Below, piece after piece: positions 28,954 to 39,665 of a DNA stretch of 64,000 nucleotides (positions are counted from its first letter, which is position 1; each line of letters opens with the position of its first letter). Below the pieces are notes generated by a model. It worked only from the letters and a program-made list of their open reading frames with translations, was not told the origin of the DNA and did no database searches. The stretch is from Epithemia pelagica (taxonomy: Eukaryota > Protista > Bacillariophyta), in NCBI GenBank assembly GCA_946965045.2, contig OX337242.1, positions 2,728,001 to 2,792,000 of the forward strand. Direction: 5' to 3'. The translations under genes and the position numbers were made by a program.

Positions 28954-29462
28954 AGAGTTTTGCTTTTTTGGATTCTGTGTGTCCAAACCAGACGACGAAA
29001 AAGTGGACAAGGAAGATTTGGGGGATTGTCAAATAATGAAAAACAAAGTACTCTATTTCTCATGCTACGGTTCGAGTGGATCCAACATGTACACAGATCT
29101 GCATGGTTTGAGTGGATAGATCCAACATACAGATTTGCATGGAGCACAAAATGAGAAGCCAAGTAATCACGAAAATGTTTGTGCCCTCCGATTCGTCTCT
29201 TCTGGATCTTTGGGGGTATCATTCTTTTGAACTCCATATCTCCTTCCTTTCTAGAGCTTTGCTTTTTGGATTTTGTGTGTCCAAACCAGACAACGAAAAA
29301 GTGGACCAGGAAAATTTGGGGGAGAATGGGAGGACGCCAAATCTTGAGAAGCAAGGCACTCTACTTGTTGTGTTACGGTTCGCGTGGATCCAGTCTGCAA
29401 TCTGCATGGTTCGAGTGGATAGATCCAACATACAACCCGTGCATATTCAAAATGAGAAGCCA
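28954..29462. repeat. Diverged direct repeat, two ~210-bp copies 298 bp apart
   Basis: GTCCAAACCAGAC at 28981 and 29279; shared GAGTGGATAGATCCAACATAC and AAAATGAGAAGCCA. Confidence 0.8.
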
Positions 29463-31477
29463 TTAGCTCACGAAAATCTGGTTGTGTTCCGATTTGGATC
29501 CTATGTCCTTTTGAACTTCATATTTGAATTTAAACTTGGCGAAAGTCATCCAACTTGGCGAAAGTGTATTCTTATAAATCTTTGTACTCCTACTCCAACT
29601 CCTAGTTCAACACCACACTTTATCGTCTCACATGAACAAGAATATGAAACCACCGATTCAGTCAACATAAGAATGCGGAAATAGAAAATAGAGAAACCAC
29701 CCTGAGTGCTATGTACTTCTCCGAAGTAGGATTGCTTCTCTGTTCTCGTATCTAGACCTACTCCTACTAGAGTCTGTGGTTGATGATAGTTCGTTCCCCC
29801 GAGACTTGACCTATCCGTGCATTAAGCTATGTCTCCGAAGTTCTGATAGCTATAGGTAGACATGACGAAATGACCAAAAAACTCTAACTTCCATGTGTCG
29901 CTCATACAACAACAAATATAGTGCCAGCTATTACAGCAGTGGTCCGAAACAAGGTATCATTGCCAGGAGGGATCGCATATCACATCATCACAAGTAATTC
30001 TTTCGCGTAGACACCATGGCACTGCAAACTCACGAGAAGGAACACGACATTCGTATCACAACACAACGAAAGGAAAATGCAGTCCAAAACAACTGTTACG
30101 GAGCTCACAACCAGAGTGGTGGATCCTGCAACCACCTTTACTGCTATAGCATCACAGGTGAAACACGAAAGCAGCACACTTACCCTACTCTCCTGGTTCA
30201 CCATGGCACCCAGTCAGATAGTCGTCCCGCAGTTATCACCACATCAACAAAGGAGCTAAGATTGTCGGTGGGTTGACGTTGGGGTGGTTGAATGTGTCCT
30301 TTTACTTTTTTCCCAACGACAATAGGAATGACATTAACGTTGATAGGCCAACACGATGCCAGGACTAGCGTTGATAGGCCAACACGGTTCCAAGAATAGT
30401 ATGATTCTCTCCAAGTTGTCGGCACTCCATGTACTGACTTCACTCGTGAGGTCGACACCAACATACCTCGTAGTCGTAAAGATCTTTTGATGTAGCCTAG
30501 AATGACCCCCACTCATTCGACCTGCAATGGTGTTCGTGCGTACTTTGATGTTGCAAACTCGGCCCTCTCAACTCTCACCAATACATTGTCAGTCTGATTG
30601 CTGCCTAGGAATCCTTGGGGAAACGAAACTGGAGTCGCTCCGGAAACCAGTACTGTGTATGACCCGCAAGGGTCTACTCCGACCATGTTTTGCGTCTTGC
30701 GTAGTTAATGGAGTTCGCGCCTTCCTCGCTCCAACGTACTGATCTTGGATGGGACCTTTGCCCCACAGACAACATCATGATGAATGCATGTGTATGTGCG
30801 CCTCGATGCATTCTATCGTATCCTCTATCTTGTAGCACCTGTGTCAAGACACGAACAAGATGTGGAATGTCACTTTGCGCAACGATAGCCGAGTAAAAAT
30901 GGTCTTGAAGAAGGAATTGGTTGGGAGCTGTGGGAACGTGCGGCGGAGTATTGTGTATTTAAAGTACATCTGCTACGGAAAAAGGAAAAAGCTCAAGCGA
31001 CCGATTGGCTTCCATGTGCGGGCAATGTTCAAAGAGACTCTACATCAAATCGAATTTCCCTCGAATTGACTTCCTTTTCCCCTCTTTACCACTTCTTTCT
31101 GGTATATAACGCCGCATTTACCCCTAAGTTTTATGGTATGTGTATATGATACCCCCTAAACAAACACCCTCGAAAGAGGACAAGGTAAAGTTCAGTCGTA
31201 GGTACTTCTATAAAATGATAATTTTAGGTCGGAAGAATGGCATTACGCAAGAACCTGAATTCTATTGCCCATTCTTGGACTTGCGTGATATACCAGGGCA
31301 CACTGTCTTGTAGAAAGTGAGAGCTTATTGCGTGGGTCATTCCTCGAAACGGTCTCTTGTAAAAGACTGTCGATCTGAAAAAACAAAAAACATTTCCTTC
31401 TGCTCAAAATTTCCGTTCCTCCGAAAACAAGTTTGGTCAAATATTCAAAACTATCGTCGCTCGATACGTTCCAGTCC

Positions 31478-33021
31478 ATGATGATTCTCCAGAAACCGCA
31501 AATTATCTCGATTCTTTGGTTGCTTTCTTCCTCCTTTGCAAAGGCTGGGTACTGCACCTGGAGCGAATGCAATGGTGTTTCTTGGAATGATTGGTGTCAT
31601 GATGCAAGTGCGAATTGCCTCGGAAATTGTAGTAAGTTCTCCATCATGCTCGTGCTGACATGAATCATGAACAGCAAATATTCACTTAACCTTTCCCTCT
31701 TTTCTGTAATGATTCAGAGGGTGTAAAATGGTGTGAGGATGGCGGCTATAGCGGAGGTGATAGCGGAGGTGGCTCCACGACTCCGACCGAAGGCCAAGCA
31801 ACGACGACTCGATACTGGGATTGCAGTGGAGGGTCCTGCGGATGTGGTTATAAGTATAATGGCGATCCTAATAAGGAGCGTCATTGCAACTCCAATGCCC
31901 TTTTTGACGCACCCAACAACAATCCCTACAATGCCAGGTTTTATGGAGCAGCCGCCATTTCCGCCACCCTTGGTGGGGGTCTTTGGCTTGCCGAGGGATG
32001 TGGCAAATGCTTCCAGGTGACGGGAACGAGCAATGTTCCTGGGAATAGTGGTCAGGAATCCACATTGGTCCTCAAAGCGACCAACTACTGCCCCCCTGAC
32101 AATCCTGCTTGCAATGGAAAAGCCCACTTTGATATTGCAGCACCTGGATTTGACTACGCTGGAGGTATGTTCATGAAAAATAATCACCAGGAAACGACTG
32201 TACATATTCATGAATAACTAATACTCACACGAAACCTGGGTTTTCTTGTTGACTCTTCAGCTTCCTTGTGGCGTCGCTGTTCGGACGTGGCTCCCGAAGA
32301 AAATGAAGCCATGGAGAGCTGTGGTATGTGGATGATTTCGGATGAGGGTACAGCCCAGTGTGACTGCAACAAATTTAAGCATCCAGTCCTGAAAGCGGGG
32401 TGTGAAAACTTTTTGGCTTTGGGATGGAACAATCCTAAAGTCGACTATAAGGAAGTGACCTGTCCTCCTGAATTGGCTCAACTCCCTTGCTGGGATGACA
32501 ATGGCGGTGACTGGCCGGATTCTTCGCCAGACTTGTGCACGGATCCGTTTGCGCTCGGCATTCCATCACCACCTACGGCTCAGCCAGTGTCTCCGACTCC
32601 GGCACCTGTGGCTCCCACTCCGGCACCTGTTGCTCCGACTCCTGCACCTGTTGCTCCCACTCCGGCACCTGTGGCTCCCACTCCGGCACCTGTGGCTCCC
32701 ACTCCAGCACCTGTTGCTCCCACTCCGGCACCTGTGGCTCCCACTCCGGCACCTGTTGCTCCCACTCCTGCACCTGTTGCTCCCACTCCGGTGTCGGGAA
32801 CCGCCTGCTGCTCTTGGAATGGGAAAGAATGTCAAGGAGGAGCGTGGTGCAGTGTGGATAGTACCCATTGTGAACATTGTGGTGGTGACTGGATTGATCC
32901 TAGCCAGGTTAACTGCGTGTATGCCTACTGGGAACAGTGTAACAAGAATCCTGCTGGCTGCTGTGGTGCTTCCACCTGTTCTGGACCAGAAGGTGGATAC
33001 AAACAATGCAAACCACTCTAA
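31478..33021 (+). CDS. GH45-family endo-beta-1,4-glucanase-like secreted protein (453 aa), join(31478..31631, 31718..32164, 32261..33021)
   Basis: Signal peptide; two GT-AG introns restore the frame. GH45 motifs TTRYWDC and HFDIAAPG (both catalytic Asp present) and GCENFLALGWNNPKVDYKEVTCP; (PTPAPVA)9 linker; Cys-rich N- and C-terminal modules. Confidence 0.85.
32593..32790 (+). repeat. 21-bp coding minisatellite encoding (PTPAPVA)9-PTP
   Basis: CC(C/G)ACTCC(G/T/A)GCACCTGT(G/T)GCT units. Confidence 0.95.
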
Positions 33022-33708
33022 AAGTAACGATCCGAGGAAGTACCCAGAAGGAGCCCCAACAAAAGAGAGAGAGAGAGAAAAAAAAACTACACACGTGATA
33101 TCTGGAACGTTTGTCAAAAAGACGATTGATTGCAGGAAGAATATAATTCATACATAACGAAAGAATCTACATGTACCTCCAAAATTATTTTCTATGAAAA
33201 TAGAATACAAGAACGGATTTGGCCACTCAGCGAGTGGGTGTGGATACCAGTGGTGCTCCCGTTTCGATTTGGTCAATCGTCCAAACTCAGGACTGTCGAT
33301 TGGCGTCTTCTTGAGAAGATAGAGGTGGTAGTAAATGGTCGCAGAAACCGCGTGTGACTGGGATTAGGCTATCTTATCTCCTTCTTTTTGCTATTATTAG
33401 CTACTCCTACATCGGCACTGAAATTTTATTGGGTCTCTACTGTAAGTCATAAACTCAAAAAAGCATAAATCCTACATTTACGTTCGGAAAACACATTTTT
33501 AGTATAAGACGATGACTGCTACTGTAAGTCATAAAACCTAACCAGTGTCATTCTTTGGACAACCCAACGCACGTTATAGGATATACACAACCATATATAT
33601 GCATTGGCATGTCGCGCCATTTTCCCCCACGAAACCTCCCTCCACCTCGACACGCCTTTCGGCCTCATCGTCATCCTAACCTGTAGTAATATTTGTTGTT
33701 GTAATACC

Positions 33709-34893
33709 ATGGATGAAGACGATTCATTGATCCTTCTCCTCCTGGAGGAGGAGAAGAAGAAGAAGAAGCTTCGTCTTGAGGAAGCACAGCGTGTTCGTAA
33801 TCGTTCGGGAGGGATTCGTCGCGCTGCTCTCCAACATCCAAAATACTCTTCGTTCATGAGACTTTACAATAGTGGCAATGACCCCTCGTTGATAGCTTTG
33901 TGTGGCTTTGATCATGAGTCATTTGAGAGTCTGCTAAAGCTGTTCACGCCACTGTTTAACAGTTGGAGTCCCTATCCACAGAAAGCGAACAAAAAGTTTC
34001 ACATGAGACGCGTTCGACAAACTGGGAGAACAGGACGGAAACGGCAAATAGACGCAACGATATGTCTAGGATTAGTGCTCGCCTGGACGCGTACTCGTGG
34101 TTCAACGATCCCCTTGCAGGTCATCTTTGGGATGACTGCGAACCCAGTTTCTGTTTGGTTGCGCTTTGGGCGTCGTCTTCTGGTCAAAGTCCTCCAGAAC
34201 CATCCGGACGCCGAGGTGAGAATGCCAACGCGAAGCGAAATAGCGAGCTTCAAGGCGGTTATTAGGGAGAAATACCCTGTGCTCAAGAATGTGTGGGGAG
34301 CGATGGACGGACTCAAAGTCCTCATCGAAGCTAACCCTGATCTTGAAAACATCTTCTATAATGGATGGAAATGCGATCACTATATTTCAAACCTTTTTGT
34401 TTTTTCACCAGATGGAAGGATCCGGGCGTGTTACATCAACGCGCCTGGATCCTGGCACGATTCTACGTTGGCCCACCTCTCGAAGATCTACGAAAAATTA
34501 GATGCCGTGCACGACAGTGAACAACGACGTGGTGGCGGGCGCATTGTCGTGGACTCTGCCTTCGGATCGGAGAATCGCCCGAGCTTGTTGAAGTCGTATC
34601 AAAACAATGTGGATCGACAGGGTCGAGTGAGAAATACAAGGGAGATGTACAAGGCGGCCACTTCGGTGCGACAGCTGTCCGAGTGGGGGATGAGAGGCTT
34701 GCAAGCTTCCTTCCCTCGCCTGAAAGACCGCCTTAAGTATGAAGAGATGGGAGAAAGGAAGATTGTCCTGTCTCTCATTGTCCTATTGTACAACTACAGG
34801 GCTTCGTGTGTTGGCTTCAACCAGATTCGGACGACATTTTACCCCCATTTGTATCTTACAGGACAACAGGGATACCATTCATCTCTTTCGTAG
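33709..34893 (+). CDS. Harbinger transposase (DDE_Tnp_4 / HARBI1-like), 394 aa
   Basis: Motifs WGAMDG, FYNGWK, PGSWHDS, VVDSAF and RQLSEWGMRGLQASFPRL. ATG at 33709. Confidence 0.92.
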   Translation: MDEDDSLILLLLEEEKKKKKLRLEEAQRVRNRSGGIRRAALQHPKYSSFMRLYNSGNDPSLIALCGFDHESFESLLKLFTPLFNSWSPYPQKANKKFHMRRVRQTGRTGRKRQIDATICLGLVLAWTRTRGSTIPLQVIFGMTANPVSVWLRFGRRLLVKVLQNHPDAEVRMPTRSEIASFKAVIREKYPVLKNVWGAMDGLKVLIEANPDLENIFYNGWKCDHYISNLFVFSPDGRIRACYINAPGSWHDSTLAHLSKIYEKLDAVHDSEQRRGGGRIVVDSAFGSENRPSLLKSYQNNVDRQGRVRNTREMYKAATSVRQLSEWGMRGLQASFPRLKDRLKYEEMGERKIVLSLIVLLYNYRASCVGFNQIRTTFYPHLYLTGQQGYHSSLS

Positions 34894-34918
34894 TCAACTA
34901 TACCAGTTATTTTATCTA

Positions 34919-36253
34919 CTAAATTTCTTTTCCTACCTTGTCATCATTCTGGTCAATGTTCTGGTCTTCAGGTGTTAGAGTGTGTTGCGGTCGGAGCTGA
35001 CCCGCAGGCGTTATAGTGTTCTGTTGCGGTTGGACCTGTTGCGGTTGGACCTGTCCCATTACATTGGGTGCAAGCAACATGAGCAAGTTACTCTGTTGCT
35101 GCATCATCATTTGCAGCATTGATTGTTGCATAGCCATTGACTGTTCCGCACGACGCTCGTCTCTCTCACGTCGCTCGTCATCACGCTTCTGTCGCTCTTC
35201 TTTCTCACGGTCTTCTTTCTCTCTGCGAAACTTTCTTTCTTTCTCTTCCGCATCTTGACGATTCTGCTGCGACACCATCATGAATTTCATGATAGCGTCA
35301 GTTTTGTCGTCGGAGTAAATTGTTCGCTTGCGTCGACTTTTCGTATCCGACCGAAGGGGCTTTGATCCATGCGGCTTGAGACTTGTTTTGGGGGTCTCTA
35401 GATTTCCCTCCTTGTCTTGCTTCTCTCCTTGTTGATCGTCTGCTTCTTCGTCGTCTTCTTCATCTTCTCCGTAGTCTGCTTCTCCATCTGCAACACTCTC
35501 TCCTTCCGACGAGGTCGAGTCGAAGCCAATGTCGTGTCTGTTTGGCTTTTCGCCAACATCACATCGTGTTTGGATGTTGATGAGGATCTGTTTGGCCGCC
35601 TTCACTTCGTCGGGACAATGTGGATCTCCCGTAGGAATCTTTCTCCCATGTAGCGCACCAAAACGGCGTTTGAGAGATTCCCTGTCCCTGAGGCGGTCGG
35701 ACGCCTTGAACCTTTCGTTGTAGGCGTCCGTTACTCGATCCCAATCGTATTGCCCTGCAGGTTCTATGGCGGAAATAAGATCAAGGAGGTACCAGGTCTC
35801 GTCTTCAGTGAAGTTCCTCCCTCTCGCTCTACCTGGTCCTCCATTACCCTTTTTTGCGTGTGATACGCTTCCTTTTTTCGCTTTGGTTGTTGTGTTCGAT
35901 GTTGCTGTGTTTTTTCCGGAGGCTGTAGGAGCTGATGTTGGAGCAGTCTTCTTTGCCTTCTTGGCTTTGGCCTTCTTGTCGTTGTTTTGCTCTTGTAGGA
36001 GTCTCTTAATGCGGAGTCGGGGTGACTCACGTCGCACTGGTGGGACACTTGTTGCTGCAGGAGTGGGAGGGACGCTGGTTTTTGTCAAATTCAGTTGTTC
36101 GGACAAGTCAGGAGGTCCCTGTGTGACTGGCATCTGGGTCGGGGCATCTTCCTCCTCTGACTCCTCTGAGGTGAAGTCGTCCTGGTTTTGGGCCAAGCCT
36201 GCCTCGACTTCGGCAAAGGCTCTCTCCATCTTCTTTTCAAGATCCTCGGCCAT
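34919..36253 (-). CDS. Harbinger accessory Myb/SANT-like DNA-binding protein (444 aa)
   Basis: RGRNFTEDETWYLLDLI...WDRV...YN...RDRESLKRRF...PTGDPHCP helix-turn-helix, followed by acidic and coiled-coil regions. Its stop is 25 bp from the transposase stop. Confidence 0.85.
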   Translation of the reverse strand: MAEDLEKKMERAFAEVEAGLAQNQDDFTSEESEEEDAPTQMPVTQGPPDLSEQLNLTKTSVPPTPAATSVPPVRRESPRLRIKRLLQEQNNDKKAKAKKAKKTAPTSAPTASGKNTATSNTTTKAKKGSVSHAKKGNGGPGRARGRNFTEDETWYLLDLISAIEPAGQYDWDRVTDAYNERFKASDRLRDRESLKRRFGALHGRKIPTGDPHCPDEVKAAKQILINIQTRCDVGEKPNRHDIGFDSTSSEGESVADGEADYGEDEEDDEEADDQQGEKQDKEGNLETPKTSLKPHGSKPLRSDTKSRRKRTIYSDDKTDAIMKFMMVSQQNRQDAEEKERKFRREKEDREKEERQKRDDERRERDERRAEQSMAMQQSMLQMMMQQQSNLLMLLAPNVMGQVQPQQVQPQQNTITPAGQLRPQHTLTPEDQNIDQNDDKVGKEI

Positions 36254-37146
36254 TGTCAAGGGTGGAGGTACAAAGCGAAGAAGTCAAGGGTGGAGGTACA
36301 AAGCGAAGAAGAGGCTCGAGAAAAGGACGAGATGCTCGTGGTGGTAAGCTTTTTCCTTCTTGTATGGGGGGGATATATCATATACATGTATGGACATATA
36401 TATATACATGCGCTGAGAATAAGTTTGTGTCGAAAGTTCATAAGCCGAGGCCTACCCCCGGACAAATTTTGCCTTAAACGGATCTTAATTTCTCAGCGAA
36501 CAGGTTATGGGCTCAAGTTTAGGAACGATTTTTTTTTAGGATTTGGGGGTTATGACTTACAGTAGAGTTCCATTATCCGGTATCCGCAGTCCGCAAACTT
36601 CAAACTTCCCTATTCCGGAGCGATAGAAAGAAACCATAAATAATTATAAATCAGACCCAGACCACAGACCACCTTCTAGGTTCTAATGTTCCATGAAGCC
36701 CAACCAACAAGATGTTTTTTGCTATGGCCTTTTAAGTGACTGGTAGGCTTTTTGTGATCGTGGAAGCTTAAATCTAAAAGGTCCAGATCAGTCCCAACCA
36801 TATTTTCATAAGCTGAAGCAACTTCCATCGAATTCTCTCTGCGAGTTAAAGAGAGATTACCGCGGACGCAGAAACTGTTTGGGAATCTACGAATGCTAGG
36901 AACTATGGATGCAAACATGACACCCAACCGGTATCCTCAGACGCTGACTTCCTACGCCAGATCTACCCAGCGTTTATGACTAGTATTAGATGAGTCAGAG
37001 TTTGCAGTTTTTTGGGTTGGAACGCCGACGCGTATGCTGGGGGCTGCCTATGGAGGAATCCGATCCGGAGATCAGCCCAATCCGTTTGCCTTTTTTATCT
37101 GGGCGGCCACAGAAAACTAGCAACTACGAGCAACCGACAACCCGAC

Positions 37147-37147
<1 letters not shown>

Positions 37148-37240
<93 letters not shown>
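37148..37240 (+). repeat. (AAC)31 microsatellite
   Basis: Perfect 93-bp trinucleotide run ending 9 bp before ATG 37250. Confidence 0.97.
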
Positions 37241-37241
<1 letters not shown>

Positions 37242-37249
37242 TCATCACC

Positions 37250-38072
37250 ATGATGCTCTCTCAGTATCAACAAGGCTTTGCCATGGCACAAGCCTATGCC
37301 GCCGAACAAGCAAAGGTCAAAACCAAGAATCCAAAAGGAGGGACCAACCAGAAATCCACCAAATCGACTAGTATTTCTTCCACAAAACGGAAGACCAACG
37401 AAACCAGCAACTCCAAAACTCGCCTTTCGAATAGCAAGCATGGAACCGGCATTTTGCTGGTACACGGCAAACAAGAACAAGAAGAAGAAGAAAAGGAAGA
37501 GCTCACGTCGGCCGAAGACACGTGGAGTATGACGAGTAGCAGTCTTGGTGGTGGTAGCAGCGGACGTCGTCTCGTGTCGAGTCCTTCTCAATCTCCCAAG
37601 AAAAAGACAGTGGATAAAACGTCGGAACTCTTGTGGACGGGGACACCCTCCACGGCCAGCAGTGCATTGGATCTGCTCCGAGACCAGGTCCAAACCCAAG
37701 AACGACAAGACTTGGTGCAACAAATCGAACGCCTTGTCGTTCCCCGTCTGCAAGAGGAACAAACTCGATTGCAGCAACAGTCTCGAGAATTACAAGCCCC
37801 CTTCCAAGTCCATTCGGCTCGGGCCACGGCACGCTTTCAAACCCAAAATCCCCAAGGAACACTCTTGTCGCTCCGTCGATTGGCCAAGACACGGTTGGAA
37901 TACGAAGCGGTACAAACCGCTCACACCTATCTGACCCAACAAATCGAGTCAATTCGTCAACTCACCTCCGTTCAGAGCAAGAGCAGCAGCAGCAGCAACA
38001 ATTTGGCATCCTTGCACCAGTGGCTGGAAACGGGTGTCACGGATTGTTTGAATCACGTCCAAACCATTCTCC

Positions 38073-38103
<31 letters not shown>

Positions 38104-38254
38104 GGCAGCCTCAAAGCACCTGGTGGTGGATGGTGTAGCAATTTTTTCGCCTTTTTCGGGCAGGAACAACAACAACAAGGATGACGACGACGAATTGTTG
38201 TTGCAAGAGTTTTCCAAGTTTTTGGCATCCTCCTCCGAAACGACCAACCACTAA
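37250..38254 (+). CDS. Low-complexity protein with a C-terminal Snf7/ESCRT-III-like helical region (334 aa)
   Basis: ARATARFQTQNPQGTLLSLRRLAK...LTQQIESI and DDDELLLQEF resemble Snf7 helices 1-2 and its acidic tail; paralogous to 43881-45137. Confidence 0.6.
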
Positions 38255-39147
38255 TGTGTGTGTCGGTCCGAACCAACCAAGGCTTTTTCTATACTCTCCT
38301 AGATTCTTCGAGTGGGGAGGATTGTATCGACGGCGACGCACAGGTTTGGATTGTGAGTTTGGACACTCGTGGTGGGTGTCTTTTTTTTGACTCGACACCA
38401 AGGACACTCACGAGAGTGGATTCCCCCTTTGATACTCTAGATCTATATTATACATTTTTACATACAGTTCTGTTTTGCTCTTTGTGGTTGCTTTTTGGTT
38501 CCCTCCAACTGATGAGACACTATCTCGTTGTCGATTGTCGAACTCTCTGCCTACCTAGGAGTAGATACAGGCGCGTATCTAGGAGGATAGGTCTTGTGAG
38601 CGACTACCTTGTACCCAACCGGAGATGTGGTCCGGCACATTGCGCTCTCGCGGTACTCTACCGGCGCGTGCGCGCAAGCAACTCAAAGTGGTCGCAGAGG
38701 AATCGCTTGGTTCGCATCTCGCGAGTCCGCCGATCGCACCTCTCACTCGACAACTTCCTTGCGAACTGACTTGCTGTTGAAGGTTGAGGTGTAAAGAAGA
38801 AGGAAGAAGCGACGACGTGTGTCGTCGCACCGTCACAGTTCTGGATGATTTAAATGATCGTATTTCGTTGTGTTGCTACTCCCTAATGTTTGTGATTGAA
38901 AGTATTGAGTGGTGATTTTGAATAGAACTGAAAACCCCTTGCCAGGGTGTTGAGATACGGAAGATGACGTAAGATAGGGTGTCTCAGATTCACGAACAGA
39001 ATCAGAACGATCGGAAGTGTGGGCTCCCACTTACTTTGAGCAAGAGGGTAGAGGAGCAGGTTCACTCCCTCTCCTTGAAGACGAGCGATTGGTGGAGCGT
39101 TAGTGCACCTGTTAAAACGACGCAAAAAAACATAACTCTCCTCGCCG

Positions 39148-39227
39148 GCCACCCACCATGGTCCTAAGTGATCGAATGCGTTGAGGATGCCACCCACCAT
39201 GGTCCTAAATGATCGAATGCGTTGAGG
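39148..39227. repeat. 39-bp direct repeat, two copies, period 41
   Basis: GCCACCCACCATGGTCCTAA(G/A)TGATCGAATGCGTTGAGG at 39148 and 39189. Confidence 0.9.
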
Positions 39228-39665
39228 TCGGACCCTTCCGTTTCAACGCATCCATGCACACATGTGGGCGATGGACAACATGCAAAGAAGGAAGAAAACA
39301 CAACACTTGCCTTTTGCCTCACAATAATTGATGTTGTTGGTGGGTCGTAAACCGCAAGCTCCCTTCTCTGATCGACGACGAACCATCAACATGGACGTTA
39401 CTCCTCCCGTTGCTGCTCCGGTACTTGATCCTCACTTTTCCTCACGTACTCTCGAAATCTCTTCGCAGTAGTAGAGTAGTCAGCTGCTGTGGAGTGCCAC
39501 CCCCAAGCAACCAACTCGGAGAAGAACCCCCTCAACTTCCACAGTCAGGCTGAAAGACAATAAGCGACCAAGGCTTGCACCACTAGGTAGTACATCCGTG
39601 TCTTCTCGGGAGGGCGGGTGGGCGAAAGAAGAATGTAAAGAACCGGAGGGTGATCAGATCCAACG

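Larger units (their letters stand above)
33440..36562. mobile_element. PIF/Harbinger-type DNA transposon with convergent transposase and Myb/SANT-like genes
   Basis: CTCTACTGTAAGTCATAA (33435-33452) is inverted at 36550-36567; a second left copy lies at 33519-33534. Encloses both genes. Confidence 0.85.
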
